64,000 nt of DNA from Patescibacteria group bacterium (GTDB lineage: Bacteria; Patescibacteriota; Patescibacteriia; UBA10025; JAHIVO01): positions 547,097 through 611,096 of the forward strand of contig JBAZKE010000001.1 of the NCBI GenBank assembly GCA_041650915.1, in the 5' to 3' direction. Each line of letters starts with the position of its first letter. Within the stretch, counting starts at the first letter, position 1. The notes beneath the pieces were generated by a model. The model was not told where the DNA came from and made no database searches. It saw nothing but the letters and a program-made list of their open reading frames with translations. The position numbers were made by a program, and so were the translations under genes. Of the stretch, positions 19,926 through 28,980 are shown in pieces.

Positions 19926-20318
19926 CTATGTTTTATCAGCCGACTTGCGCCTGCCTGATCCCATTGTACGGCGTACATTTCCCCGAACAGAACGCGAATT
20001 AGTTTTGGTTCTTTGGCCGTGAACAGGGAGTCCTTTCAAATGGCGGATACCTCGATATGAGTTGGTCTCTTTGAGGCGTTTAATATTCAGCAGAATATCT
20101 CTTCGGAGCCCACCTTCAACTTTATATTTATTTTCAATAATGTCACGAAGCGCATTTACCTCTGACTGATCGAGTTTTTCAGCTCTCTTATCGGGATCAA
20201 CCTTTGCTTCGGTAAGAATAGTTCTGGCTCGGGTAGGGCCAACGCCAAAAATATACGTGAGTGCCACTTCAATGCGCTTATTTTGGGGGAGTGTGACTCC
20301 TGCGATACGTGCTGCCAT
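19926..20318 (-). CDS. rpsM: Ribosomal protein uS13.
   Basis: MAARIAGVTLPQNKRIEVALTYIFGVGPTRA. Confidence 0.85.
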   Translation of the reverse strand: MAARIAGVTLPQNKRIEVALTYIFGVGPTRARTILTEAKVDPDKRAEKLDQSEVNALRDIIENKYKVEGGLRRDILLNIKRLKETNSYRGIRHLKGLPVHGQRTKTNSRSVRGNVRRTMGSGRRKSADKT

Positions 20319-20327
20319 AAAGATTAA

Positions 20328-20441
20328 TTATCCTTGTCGTTGTTTATGCTTGGGGTTGCTACAAATTACATGCACTCTTTTTTTTCTCCTGATTACGCGG
20401 CATTTGGAGCACATCTTTTTTACTGATGATCGTACTTTCAT
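20328..20441 (-). CDS. rpmJ: Ribosomal protein bL36 (37 aa). It is absent from the ORF track because it is under 60 aa.
   Basis: Minus-strand translation gives [37 protein letters not shown] followed by TAA. This has the canonical L36 Cys/His pattern and the usual position between infA and rpsM. Confidence 0.85.
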   Translation of the reverse strand: MKVRSSVKKMCSKCRVIRRKKRVHVICSNPKHKQRQG

Positions 20442-20442
20442 A

Positions 20443-20712
20443 CTATTCTCGATAGGTAATTCTTCCCTTTGTTAAATCGTACGGCGTCATTTCTACCGTT
20501 ACTTTGTCTCCGGGCAATATGCGTATTTTAAACATTCTCATTTTACCGGACAAGTGCGCAAGAATAATATGGTCATTTTCAAGGCGTACTTTAAAAGTTG
20601 CTGAAGGTAGCAGTTCTTCCACGATACCGGTAACTTCAATAAAACCTTTCTTATTTTGTTTTGATGTTATGGATTTTTTTGTCTCCTTGCTATTATCCAT
20701 AACTAAGTTCAA
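20443..20712 (-). CDS. infA: Translation initiation factor IF-1.
   Basis: [60 protein letters not shown] is an S1-like OB fold. There is a short N-terminal extension. Confidence 0.85.
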   Translation of the reverse strand: MNLVMDNSKETKKSITSKQNKKGFIEVTGIVEELLPSATFKVRLENDHIILAHLSGKMRMFKIRILPGDKVTVEMTPYDLTKGRITYRE

Positions 20713-20956
20713 AAAATTATTAAAAAAACTTGACTCGTAGTACTACAAAGGCAAGAAGTAAGTTTGATGCTCATTGGAAGTATTGATAAACTGAGTTTCT
20801 TGCCGAATGCTTGCTTGCTGATAAGTACGCCACTTATTGGAATGCTATAAGTGTTTGAAAAATGTGAATGTATTATATCCTCCGATTTTTTTTATGTCAA
20901 GCGCAAAGGCTGCTTGCGACGGTTGTAAAGATTTTTTTGCGCTAATATTAGCTATT

Positions 20957-22783
20957 TTAAGAAAGAATAGCTTTTATCCGGCGAATTCCGCTTGAAGACG
21001 ATTTTTCGGATTGAATGTGAAAATTACCGAGTTCTGACGTATTCTTCACATGTGGACCTCCGCACAATTCTTTAGAAAAATCACCTATAGAATAAACAGT
21101 AACTTTCTCAGGGTATTTTTCCTTAAAGAAAGAAAGTGCCCCGGATTTTACTGCATCGTCATAAGGCACTTCTTCGGAAGTTACCATGTAATTTTTTTTG
21201 ATGATCTCATTAACGAGGCGTTCTATTTTATTTTTTTCGTCTTCAGTCAATTTCGAATGGTGCTCAAAGTCAAAACGAAGCCGTTCGGGATTGATATCCG
21301 ATCCTTGCTGGCGAACATGAGGGCCAAGTACCGTACGGAGAGCCTGATGCAGTAGATGTGTGGCTGTGTGGTACCGTGTCATCAACGTTCTATCACTATC
21401 GGATAATTCTTTACTGTTTAGACCATGGCCGCCAAATTTATTTTCCGCCCCTGCACGTGAAAGTTTTTGGTGCTTCATAATTTCTCGGTGAAATCCTTCA
21501 CTATCGAATGTAAACCCTTCCCGCTTCAGCCGTTCTTCAGAAATTCCATACGTAGAATATAGGATAAAAGCTTCTTCCGCAGTTAATTTTCGCGTTGATG
21601 GCCCAGTAGAAACATCATGCTTAGTTTGAGTCTTGAGATGAATGATTTTATCAGCAATTTCGTGCACATTGAGGTTGAGTATTTTTTGATATCCAGACAA
21701 TTCTTTATTCATTTTTTCCGCTAAAGAATTTCGCTCTCGTTTGATCATCGGGTACTGCTTCTCATAAATTGACGCAACAGTATCGACAATTAAGGTTAGA
21801 TTAAAACGGGGATGCAAGTACTGATCGAGTGCACGCCGAAAAACTCTTCGTAGTATATATCCCTGCTCTTTATTACTGAAATTAATTCCATCAGATAATA
21901 AAAAAACCGATGCTTTAAAGTGATCGGCAGCAATACGGCAGCGGATAGCATCCTCAATCAAATTTGTAGAACCAAAATTGGGATCGTCTAAAATTAATTT
22001 TATGAGCGGTGAAAAAAGATCAGTTTCAAAAATGCTTTTTTTCCCCTGAAGAATCAGCGCAAGCCGTTCTAGTCCCATGCCAGTATCAATATTTTTACCA
22101 GGCAGTTCTTTAATTTTACCTCTGGCATCCATATGGAATTCCATGAAAACTAAATTCCATAATTCCATAAATCTGCCACACTCGCAATTTGGAAGGCACT
22201 GTTTTCCTCGTAAACAAGGTTTTCCGGTAAAATCATAGTGGAGTTCTGAACACGGGCCACATGGGCCTGATTTACCGGGAGGGCCCCACCAATTGTCATC
22301 CTTGCCAAAACCAATAATACGCTCAGTGGGCAAATATTTTTGCCAAAATTTAAAGGCCTCAGTATCTTTTGCAATTTCACTGCTTCCGCTATAATATGTT
22401 GCCCATAACTGATGTGGATTAATTTTTATAATTTTAGTCAGAAAAGTCCAAGAAAGATAAATGGCTTCTTCTTTGAAGTAATTTCCGATAGAAAAATTCC
22501 CAAGCATTTCAAAAAAAGTATTGTGGTACGGATCTCCTACTTCTTCAATATCCGAAGTTCTAAAAGACCGTTGTATGGAAACAAGCTTGGTGTTGCCAAA
22601 TTGTTTTTGAGCATCCTTAATTCCCATCAGATATGGCTTAAATTGCTGCATCCCTGCTGTTGTTAAAAGCACTGATGGATCATCTTGAGGCCACAGTGAA
22701 GAAGAATCAACTAAGGTATGCGAAAACTTCTTATTTTTTATAAAAAAACTTATAAATTTCTGCCGTATTTTATTGGAATTCAT
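20957..22783 (-). CDS. alaS: Alanyl-tRNA synthetase, short form (608 aa) lacking the C-Ala domain.
   Basis: The N-terminus has the WPQDDPSVLLTTAGMQQFKP class II core. The editing domain is present (HTATHLL...CGGPHV). The protein ends about 25 aa after it. Confidence 0.8.
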   Translation of the reverse strand: MNSNKIRQKFISFFIKNKKFSHTLVDSSSLWPQDDPSVLLTTAGMQQFKPYLMGIKDAQKQFGNTKLVSIQRSFRTSDIEEVGDPYHNTFFEMLGNFSIGNYFKEEAIYLSWTFLTKIIKINPHQLWATYYSGSSEIAKDTEAFKFWQKYLPTERIIGFGKDDNWWGPPGKSGPCGPCSELHYDFTGKPCLRGKQCLPNCECGRFMELWNLVFMEFHMDARGKIKELPGKNIDTGMGLERLALILQGKKSIFETDLFSPLIKLILDDPNFGSTNLIEDAIRCRIAADHFKASVFLLSDGINFSNKEQGYILRRVFRRALDQYLHPRFNLTLIVDTVASIYEKQYPMIKRERNSLAEKMNKELSGYQKILNLNVHEIADKIIHLKTQTKHDVSTGPSTRKLTAEEAFILYSTYGISEERLKREGFTFDSEGFHREIMKHQKLSRAGAENKFGGHGLNSKELSDSDRTLMTRYHTATHLLHQALRTVLGPHVRQQGSDINPERLRFDFEHHSKLTEDEKNKIERLVNEIIKKNYMVTSEEVPYDDAVKSGALSFFKEKYPEKVTVYSIGDFSKELCGGPHVKNTSELGNFHIQSEKSSSSGIRRIKAILS

Positions 22784-22858
22784 ATTTTTATTATAGATTA
22801 TTTTCAGTTTATCATATAAGTTTATTTATATAAAATTTCATATGCGTCGTAAAATATA

Positions 22859-23932
22859 TTATGTTATAACTCCCCCACCCAGAAGAACATTTCTCAAATA
22901 AAAAACTGCGAACTGTCCCGGAGTAATTGCACGTTGACTATGCTTAAAATTTACACATAAAAAATTACCTATTTTGTGTACAATGCACGCTTGAGCAGGC
23001 TGGCGATAGCGGATTTTTACGGAACACTTTAACGGAAATATCGGTTCGTTTCCAGCAATCCAATTAGCATGGCTTACTTGGGTAGTTTTCGAGTATAAAC
23101 TTTTATGCCGTAAGCCGTGAGCGACTATCAATTCGTTTTTTCGATGATTTTTTTGCACAATATAATATGGGATCCCCCCGCCAATTCCAATGCCATGACG
23201 TTGGCCGCACGTATATTGCATCAATCCCTGATGTACGCCAATAATTTTTCCGGAAGTGGAAATAATTTTTCCCGGTTTAGATTTAATGTGCTCATTAATA
23301 AATTGTTTAAACTTAATGTTCCCAATAAAACAAATTCCCTGACTATCTTTTTTATTGTGCACATGAAGTCCGGCGCGTCGAGCAATACTTCTGATGTATT
23401 CTTTTTTATACATGCCAACAGGAAACAATGAATAACGCAATTGCTGCTGATTTAACAAAGCCAGAAAATATGACTGATCCTTGTTTAAGTCTTTTGCCTT
23501 TTTTAGGATATTTCGTTCGTCTTTTCCATGTAATTCAGTTATTTTTTGAACATAGTGTCCCGTCGCAATATAATTTGCACCGAGTTTGCGCATTTTATCG
23601 AGAAATACTCCAAATTTAATTTCACGATTGCAGAGCATATCAGGATTTGGGGTAATCCCGTTCTTATATCCATTAAGTAGGTAGGATACAATTTTTTTTC
23701 TATATTCATCCTCGAATATTTCAACCCGTGAAGGTATGCGTATTGTTTTGCAGATGATATGAAAATCTTTTAAATCCTTTTTCCAAGGGCATATACCCGA
23801 GAATGGATCGCTCCAATTCTTCATATACACACCAATTACTTTATATCCTTGCCTTTTCAACAGCAGAGCGGCAACAGAAGAATCCACGCCTCCGGACATT
23901 GCTACAAACACGTTTTTATTAATTTTTGGCAT
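22859..23932 (-). CDS. mnmA: tRNA-specific 2-thiouridylase.
   Basis: The PP-loop VFVAMSGGVDSSVAA, catalytic cysteines and the overall length match MnmA. Confidence 0.85.
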   Translation of the reverse strand: MPKINKNVFVAMSGGVDSSVAALLLKRQGYKVIGVYMKNWSDPFSGICPWKKDLKDFHIICKTIRIPSRVEIFEDEYRKKIVSYLLNGYKNGITPNPDMLCNREIKFGVFLDKMRKLGANYIATGHYVQKITELHGKDERNILKKAKDLNKDQSYFLALLNQQQLRYSLFPVGMYKKEYIRSIARRAGLHVHNKKDSQGICFIGNIKFKQFINEHIKSKPGKIISTSGKIIGVHQGLMQYTCGQRHGIGIGGGIPYYIVQKNHRKNELIVAHGLRHKSLYSKTTQVSHANWIAGNEPIFPLKCSVKIRYRQPAQACIVHKIGNFLCVNFKHSQRAITPGQFAVFYLRNVLLGGGVIT

Positions 23933-23988
23933 AGCTTAAACCATCTTTACAGGTCAATCTGCAGATATTCATTTAAAATTCAACAAAA

Positions 23989-25293
23989 TTATAAATTATC
24001 TATAACTTCTTTAAGAAATTTCATTCTTGGAGAAACAAATTCATCCTGGGTAATTCTAGAAGCCGCATACATTGCATTTTGTGTTTTATGTTTTTGCCGG
24101 TGCTGGTATTTTCTTGGATAGTTATTTTCGATGCTTCCATTAGGAAGTATAAATACGCTGTATTTTTTTAGCATTTCAATTAAGCTCACTTCCGGTTCTG
24201 TAAATCTCATCTGAATTTTTTTCTGAATAATATTAAGGCCGGTATCATAAAGAGCATCGCGATCAAGTAAAACACAGTATGGCAAATCAAAAAGATCAAG
24301 AACATCCGTATATACGTCAATATTACTCTTACCGTAAACTTGGATTACCTTAATATCTTTTGTACCAGTATAAAATTTATTAATTAATTCCCGCATTAAA
24401 ATGTGATCAGACGGTCCTTCCACGAGCAGGACTTTATCCGCAAAAAACATTTCAGTATTATCGGCATTAAGCTCCTGTCTCAGTCTCTCGTAATTTATCC
24501 TTTTTCCGGTGAGTCTTGGAGAGTGAACTTTAGTAGTGTCACCTTCTTTTGTTACGCGAAAAATTCGGTGTAAATTTTCTGGACGAACGAAATTTGTCGA
24601 GTGGGTCGTTAAAAAAATTTGATTATCCAGGTTTCTTTCCTCCAAAATACTTATAAGTTTCTTAATAAGTGCTGGATGGAGGTGCACTTCAGGTTCTTCG
24701 AGTAATAAAACGGAGTATACTGGGTGGAAGAGGTACAAGAGTATTTTAAAAACCTGCCGAAATCCCGCACCGAGGCGCTCGTAGGGGCGCGTGGCGCCTT
24801 CATGCTCAATCGTGCTTGAAGTGAACAGTTTTCTATCGATCATAATTTGGGGAATGTACTGCTGCAATGTACGATGAAACAGCTCAAATTGATCGGGATA
24901 TTGTACTACTAAACTCTCAAAATCATGCTGCACTTTTTGAATTGAAAGATGATCAGTGGCGCATATTCTTACCATACGGCTAGATAGAATTTCCTTGCCT
25001 TTGTCAGGTGAAATTTCTTTGTCATCAAGCAAAAATTTTGTAAGATCCGCGAGTTGTACCACGTCGAGTATGCTTTTTTTTCGATCGAGCGTCAGACTAA
25101 AACTAGCATGAATATCACACTCTGGATCATGAAGCCGGATGCTGTTTCCGTTGTAAAGCCTGTAGATTGAATCTAAAATGTTTGTTTTGCCTGCATTATT
25201 TGCCCCAATAAAAATATGCAGAATACCCAGGTCATGCAGAACCAGTTTTTTTATGCTCTTATACCTGTTGATGGTGATTTTTTCAAGACGCAT
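23989..25293 (-). CDS. Compact OLD-family nuclease: ABC-type ATPase fused to a TOPRIM domain.
   Basis: Walker A is FIGANNAGKTNILDS. Walker B is VLLLEEPEVHLHP, with an H-loop at TTHS. The C-terminal TOPRIM has KVLLVEGPSDHIL (catalytic Glu) and a DxD in VLLDRDALYD. Confidence 0.7.
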   Translation of the reverse strand: MRLEKITINRYKSIKKLVLHDLGILHIFIGANNAGKTNILDSIYRLYNGNSIRLHDPECDIHASFSLTLDRKKSILDVVQLADLTKFLLDDKEISPDKGKEILSSRMVRICATDHLSIQKVQHDFESLVVQYPDQFELFHRTLQQYIPQIMIDRKLFTSSTIEHEGATRPYERLGAGFRQVFKILLYLFHPVYSVLLLEEPEVHLHPALIKKLISILEERNLDNQIFLTTHSTNFVRPENLHRIFRVTKEGDTTKVHSPRLTGKRINYERLRQELNADNTEMFFADKVLLVEGPSDHILMRELINKFYTGTKDIKVIQVYGKSNIDVYTDVLDLFDLPYCVLLDRDALYDTGLNIIQKKIQMRFTEPEVSLIEMLKKYSVFILPNGSIENNYPRKYQHRQKHKTQNAMYAASRITQDEFVSPRMKFLKEVIDNL

Positions 25294-25304
25294 TTCTAAA
25301 AAAT

Positions 25305-25757
25305 TTACGCATACAGTTTATAAAAAAAATCTTCCAATGCGCTACGTTGTGCTTGGTTTGGACTGATTTTAGTTCTCTTTTTTTTAATTCTTTTTATCGC
25401 ATCTTGAGGCGTAAGACCGTAGTGAAGAATATAGTATGCTGCAACTAAAGTTGGCGCGCGTCAGCGTCCTTCGTTACAATGAACATAGCAGCGCATTTTT
25501 TGTGCAATGAGGTCTTCAATAAAATGTGATCCGATCATGAGCTGCACAGGAGACGGAGCAGTAAAATCAACTGTCGGAAGCCACAAAAATGATTCAACGC
25601 CTGATGGTGAATCTTCTTTTTCCTGCTGAAGGTCAATATCAGCTTTAATCCCCTTTTTTAAAAGCAACTCAAAATGTTTTTTACAGCAAATGCTGGTGCC
25701 GATATACAAGTACGGTTCGATGCGCGTATAGTTCAAATGGCGTTCGTTGGTTGTCAT
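25305..25757 (-). pseudogene. Dual-specificity (Cys-based, CX5R) protein phosphatase gene interrupted by one in-frame TGA in the P-loop.
   Basis: The ORF 25461-25757 ends ...YVHCNEGR then TGA. Reading through in the same frame continues RAPTLVAAYYILHYGLTPQDAIKRIKKKRTKISPNQAQRSALEDFFYKLYA then TAA at 25305. The readthrough reconstitutes a canonical 150-aa DSP (HCxxGx[G]R + AYLM-like helix). The TGA occupies the conserved Gly position, so it is one substitution from GGA. Confidence 0.6.
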
Positions 25758-25850
25758 GAATATCGTATCTTAATGGAATAAATTGACTATAGCATGTATA
25801 TGCATCATTAAAAAGGCTGTGGAGACAAGCTTGCGTCCCCCTCCAGATAA

Positions 25851-27644
25851 CTAATCTAGCTGGATTTTTTGTCCTGGTTGGATTGGTTTACCTGGTTGTG
25901 CATGTGTTTCTGGAATGGATTTTCGGGCTTTATGCTGAAAAGGTTTATTCGTCCGAAGCATCGTCGGTGAAGACTTCATTGTATGATCAGTTATCTTACC
26001 CCTGCTCTTAAACGGTTTGGGTTGCATTGAAAACGCTTCGCTTAGTGAAATTTCTTTTTCCGGGCCTTGGACACTAACAGTTTCAAGATCACGAATAGGT
26101 ATATATTCCTTTTTTTTCTTTTCCGGTGGAAGTTTAGAAATTTTACTTATTTCAGGAGCAGAAAATGAGCGAATTGGAGGCGGATTTTGGCCATTCTTTT
26201 TTTGTGAAGCGTGGATTTTTTCAACAAATTGGTTATCCGCTTCTGCCATTGCCTTATGCATTTCGTGAACTCCGCTCCAGCGCATGATTTTATCTTCAAC
26301 AAGCTCTCGTGATTTACTATACCGTTCGCGTGAAACACTTAAAATTTTATTCTTGTTATTAGTTTTGCCTGTAAGCGGAGGCAGTGTTTTTGCGGAAAAA
26401 GGTTCTGAAGCTACCCCGTCTATCATCAGCTTCATGTAAACATTATACTTCGTTAAATTAAGAAGATCCTCCTCCATAAAAATCGGATAAAATTCTTTCG
26501 CAAGAAATTCAGCATCGGCGGCTCCGACGCGAAAACAGACAATAGTACCGATATTACCGAATACCGCGGCACGGACAGTCTCATCAAGCTGCTCGACGTA
26601 TTGATGGGCGATTATTAAATTAAGCCTGTATTTTCGCGCTTCCGATAAAATGCTCGCGAAGCTTTCAGTGGCAAAATTTTGGAATTCATCTACATACAGG
26701 TAGAAATCCTCTCGCTCATTTTCTGGTATATCGACTCTGCTCATCGCTGCGAGTTGGAGCCTGGTAATCATCATGGCACCGAGCAGAGATGAACTGTCTT
26801 CTCCGATTCTACCTTTCGAAAAATTAAGCAAAAGAATCTTTTTGTTATCCATTATTTCACGCAAATCAATGGTGCTTTTTGGCTGACCGACGATATTACG
26901 GATAACAGAACTCGATAAGAATTGCCCAACCTTATTCTGGATTGGGGCAATTGCCTCATTTCGAAATCGGTCATTATATCCGGCATATTCATCAACCCAA
27001 AAACTTTTTACAATCGGATCCGTGACTTTATCGATGACCTTCTTTCTATACTTTTTATCGACGAGAATGCGGGAAATACCGAGCATTGTCGAGCCTGGAT
27101 ACTCGAGCAGTGCAAGTATGCAATTATTGAGGATATATTCCATTCGGGCGCTCCATACCCCTTCCCATATTTTTGTAAAGACGCCCATGAGCCCAGATGC
27201 AACAAGGTGGCGCTGGTCGGGATCGACATTTTCCAGAACATTAAATCCGATGGGATACTCCAGGTCTGCCGGATTGAAATAGACCACATCATTAACCCGG
27301 TATGATGGTATGTAGTCGATAACCTTTTCAACGAGATCGCCATGCGGATCAACGAGCGCCAAACCCCGGCCTGCGCGAATATCCGAAATGACCATGTTTT
27401 CAATCACGGTTGTTTTTCCCATGCCTGTCTTGCCAATCAGATACATATGCCGACGCCTATCATCAACTCTAATGCCGAATTTTCGTGCTAAATTTCGAAA
27501 ATTCGTTTCGGCGAAGGGTGTTATTTCTCTTTCGAGGTCGGCTGTCATGGTTGTATTAAGCTGTCGGTAAATTTGGCGGCGGTACTCCTTTTTGTTCTGC
27601 AGGTGGCATGGCAATCCGCCCAAGCCTCTCCGGTGCTTGCTCAA
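25851..27644 (-). CDS. TrwB/TraD/VirD4-family (type IV coupling protein-like) P-loop ATPase: soluble, with a long basic disordered C-terminal tail.
   Basis: HMYLIGKTGMGKTTVIENMVISDIRAGRGLALVDPHGDL parallels TrwB Walker A plus the VIVDPNGD box. Walker B is FYLYVDEFQNF. There is no N-terminal TM. The start could be M33 at 27548. Confidence 0.55.
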   Translation of the reverse strand: MSKHRRGLGGLPCHLQNKKEYRRQIYRQLNTTMTADLEREITPFAETNFRNLARKFGIRVDDRRRHMYLIGKTGMGKTTVIENMVISDIRAGRGLALVDPHGDLVEKVIDYIPSYRVNDVVYFNPADLEYPIGFNVLENVDPDQRHLVASGLMGVFTKIWEGVWSARMEYILNNCILALLEYPGSTMLGISRILVDKKYRKKVIDKVTDPIVKSFWVDEYAGYNDRFRNEAIAPIQNKVGQFLSSSVIRNIVGQPKSTIDLREIMDNKKILLLNFSKGRIGEDSSSLLGAMMITRLQLAAMSRVDIPENEREDFYLYVDEFQNFATESFASILSEARKYRLNLIIAHQYVEQLDETVRAAVFGNIGTIVCFRVGAADAEFLAKEFYPIFMEEDLLNLTKYNVYMKLMIDGVASEPFSAKTLPPLTGKTNNKNKILSVSRERYSKSRELVEDKIMRWSGVHEMHKAMAEADNQFVEKIHASQKKNGQNPPPIRSFSAPEISKISKLPPEKKKKEYIPIRDLETVSVQGPEKEISLSEAFSMQPKPFKSRGKITDHTMKSSPTMLRTNKPFQHKARKSIPETHAQPGKPIQPGQKIQLD

Positions 27645-28965
27645 GTGGCAGGTCTATCGGTGCTTGTGCTTTCTTCGAATCAACTTTTTGCACGGACGGT
27701 ACTTTAACGTCGATAATCGGAAAGTGCCATATCGTCGCGAGTTCTTCGATATTGAGAACATAATTTTTCCGTCCCCTCCATAAACTCCGATAGCGGTAAG
27801 ACCAGAGTAGCCGCCGTTTTCTAGCTAATAACCTTGATTTTGCAAATAAAAATTTTGCCCTTGAAAATGTTTTCATATCTGGTCTGAATCCATTTGTATT
27901 CTGCGCGGCAAACTGATGAACAGTTCCGATAACGCCATCGAGTCCTTTTGAAAGCTGGGCGTTCTTTTTTTTTGCTCCGTAAATCATCCGCAGTTTTGAT
28001 TCATATCCAATTTTTGAAATTTTCATTCCTATCGCCTCGACAATATCCCGCTCTGCCGGTGATAAGTGCTGCATTTGGCTTGGCCAGTCCTGTATATTAC
28101 GCTGGCGTTGTGGCCCTTCCATTTCAGTAGGAGGTATTATTGAAGCGGTGAATGATTCTGACAATCCTTTCCCAATTTCTCTCGGAAAATAAAGCCAATC
28201 GGCGACCGATTTTGCGCCATCTTTTTTACCAATAAGTTTATTGATAAGCGATATACCTTTTTGCTTCCAATCTTCTGTGACCGGAGAAATGACTAGCTGA
28301 TACCAAAGATGCTCACCCGGACCCATTCTGCTCAGTATCTCCATGAGAGAAGCCATCGGATCTAAAAACTTTTGTGATAGGCTGTGTTCAAAATTCGGGT
28401 ACGTCTTAATCGGATAAAGATAATTATGGGCAAGCTTGAATTCCGTTCCCCAGACGTCGTATTCGGGATGGGGCAACTCAAGCGGTTTCGGAAGCATATC
28501 GATGTAATCTTCGACTTCCGTGATTTCTGCTTCAGGGTATTGGGCATAAATCGCGGCTTCAACTAGATCTCTGAATTTTACCGGGGTTCGTATTAGAAAT
28601 TGAATATATCCTTCAATGCTGACGATTTCCAGGCTGACCCCGAGCTGAGTTTTCCCTTCGACAAATCTTTCATACAAATCGTACGTTCGAATAAATCCAA
28701 AAATATGCGAAAATATATGTTCGACAGCTTTCGGGCTCTGCTCGTTGCCCCGGGGGATATCAATAGCAAGCAGGACAAAAGGTATTTTTGACTGATACTT
28801 ATTCTGTATATAAAGTACCCAACCTTCCCAACCGCCCCATAGGGAAACGATAATAACTATAATCCAGCCCCCGTGCAAAAATAAAAAAAACATAGCACCA
28901 AAGGGGCTGCCAACATCGGGAAATAAAGTAAGTGCTTGATCTGGTCCTACGACAAATGGATTCAT
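27556..28965 (-). CDS. Hypothetical membrane-anchored protein (N-terminal TM helices plus a roughly 400-aa soluble domain). It is the partner of the coupling-protein-like ATPase.
   Basis: The N-terminus FGAMFFLFLHGGWIIVIIVSLWGGWEGWVLY is hydrophobic. There are no recognisable catalytic motifs, and the C-terminus is basic. It lies 15 bp downstream of the regulator gene and abuts the ATPase gene. Confidence 0.4.
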   Translation of the reverse strand: MNPFVVGPDQALTLFPDVGSPFGAMFFLFLHGGWIIVIIVSLWGGWEGWVLYIQNKYQSKIPFVLLAIDIPRGNEQSPKAVEHIFSHIFGFIRTYDLYERFVEGKTQLGVSLEIVSIEGYIQFLIRTPVKFRDLVEAAIYAQYPEAEITEVEDYIDMLPKPLELPHPEYDVWGTEFKLAHNYLYPIKTYPNFEHSLSQKFLDPMASLMEILSRMGPGEHLWYQLVISPVTEDWKQKGISLINKLIGKKDGAKSVADWLYFPREIGKGLSESFTASIIPPTEMEGPQRQRNIQDWPSQMQHLSPAERDIVEAIGMKISKIGYESKLRMIYGAKKKNAQLSKGLDGVIGTVHQFAAQNTNGFRPDMKTFSRAKFLFAKSRLLARKRRLLWSYRYRSLWRGRKNYVLNIEELATIWHFPIIDVKVPSVQKVDSKKAQAPIDLPLEQAPERLGRIAMPPAEQKGVPPPNLPTA

Positions 28966-28980
28966 GTTGATCGTAGTTTG

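Noticed and set aside
20713-20956. A 244-bp infA-alaS intergenic region with an 8-bp inverted repeat (GGCAAGAA...TTCTTGCC at about 20753-20807), considered as a tRNA or small-RNA locus.
   Set aside because: There is no cloverleaf, no T-loop (GGTTCGANTCC) and no D-loop motif on either strand. It is most likely just the alaS terminator plus infA promoter region. The claim stays unsupported without an Rfam scan.
25461-25463. In-frame TGA in the phosphatase gene as evidence for a genome-wide TGA-to-Gly code (translation table 25).
   Set aside because: ftsW (stop at 55510-55512), murC (53079-53081) and wzx (about 15190) all terminate on TGA at their expected lengths. Every conserved gene is full-length under the standard code. 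The TGA in the phosphatase is therefore treated as a local lesion, error or readthrough.
25758-25850. Possible rho-independent terminator between the TraD-like ATPase and the phosphatase gene (minus-strand TGGAG...CTCCA followed by a T6 run, at about 25790-25830).
   Set aside because: The stem is only 4-5 bp with a 16-nt loop, and the T-run is separated from it by 7 nt. That is too weak to call.
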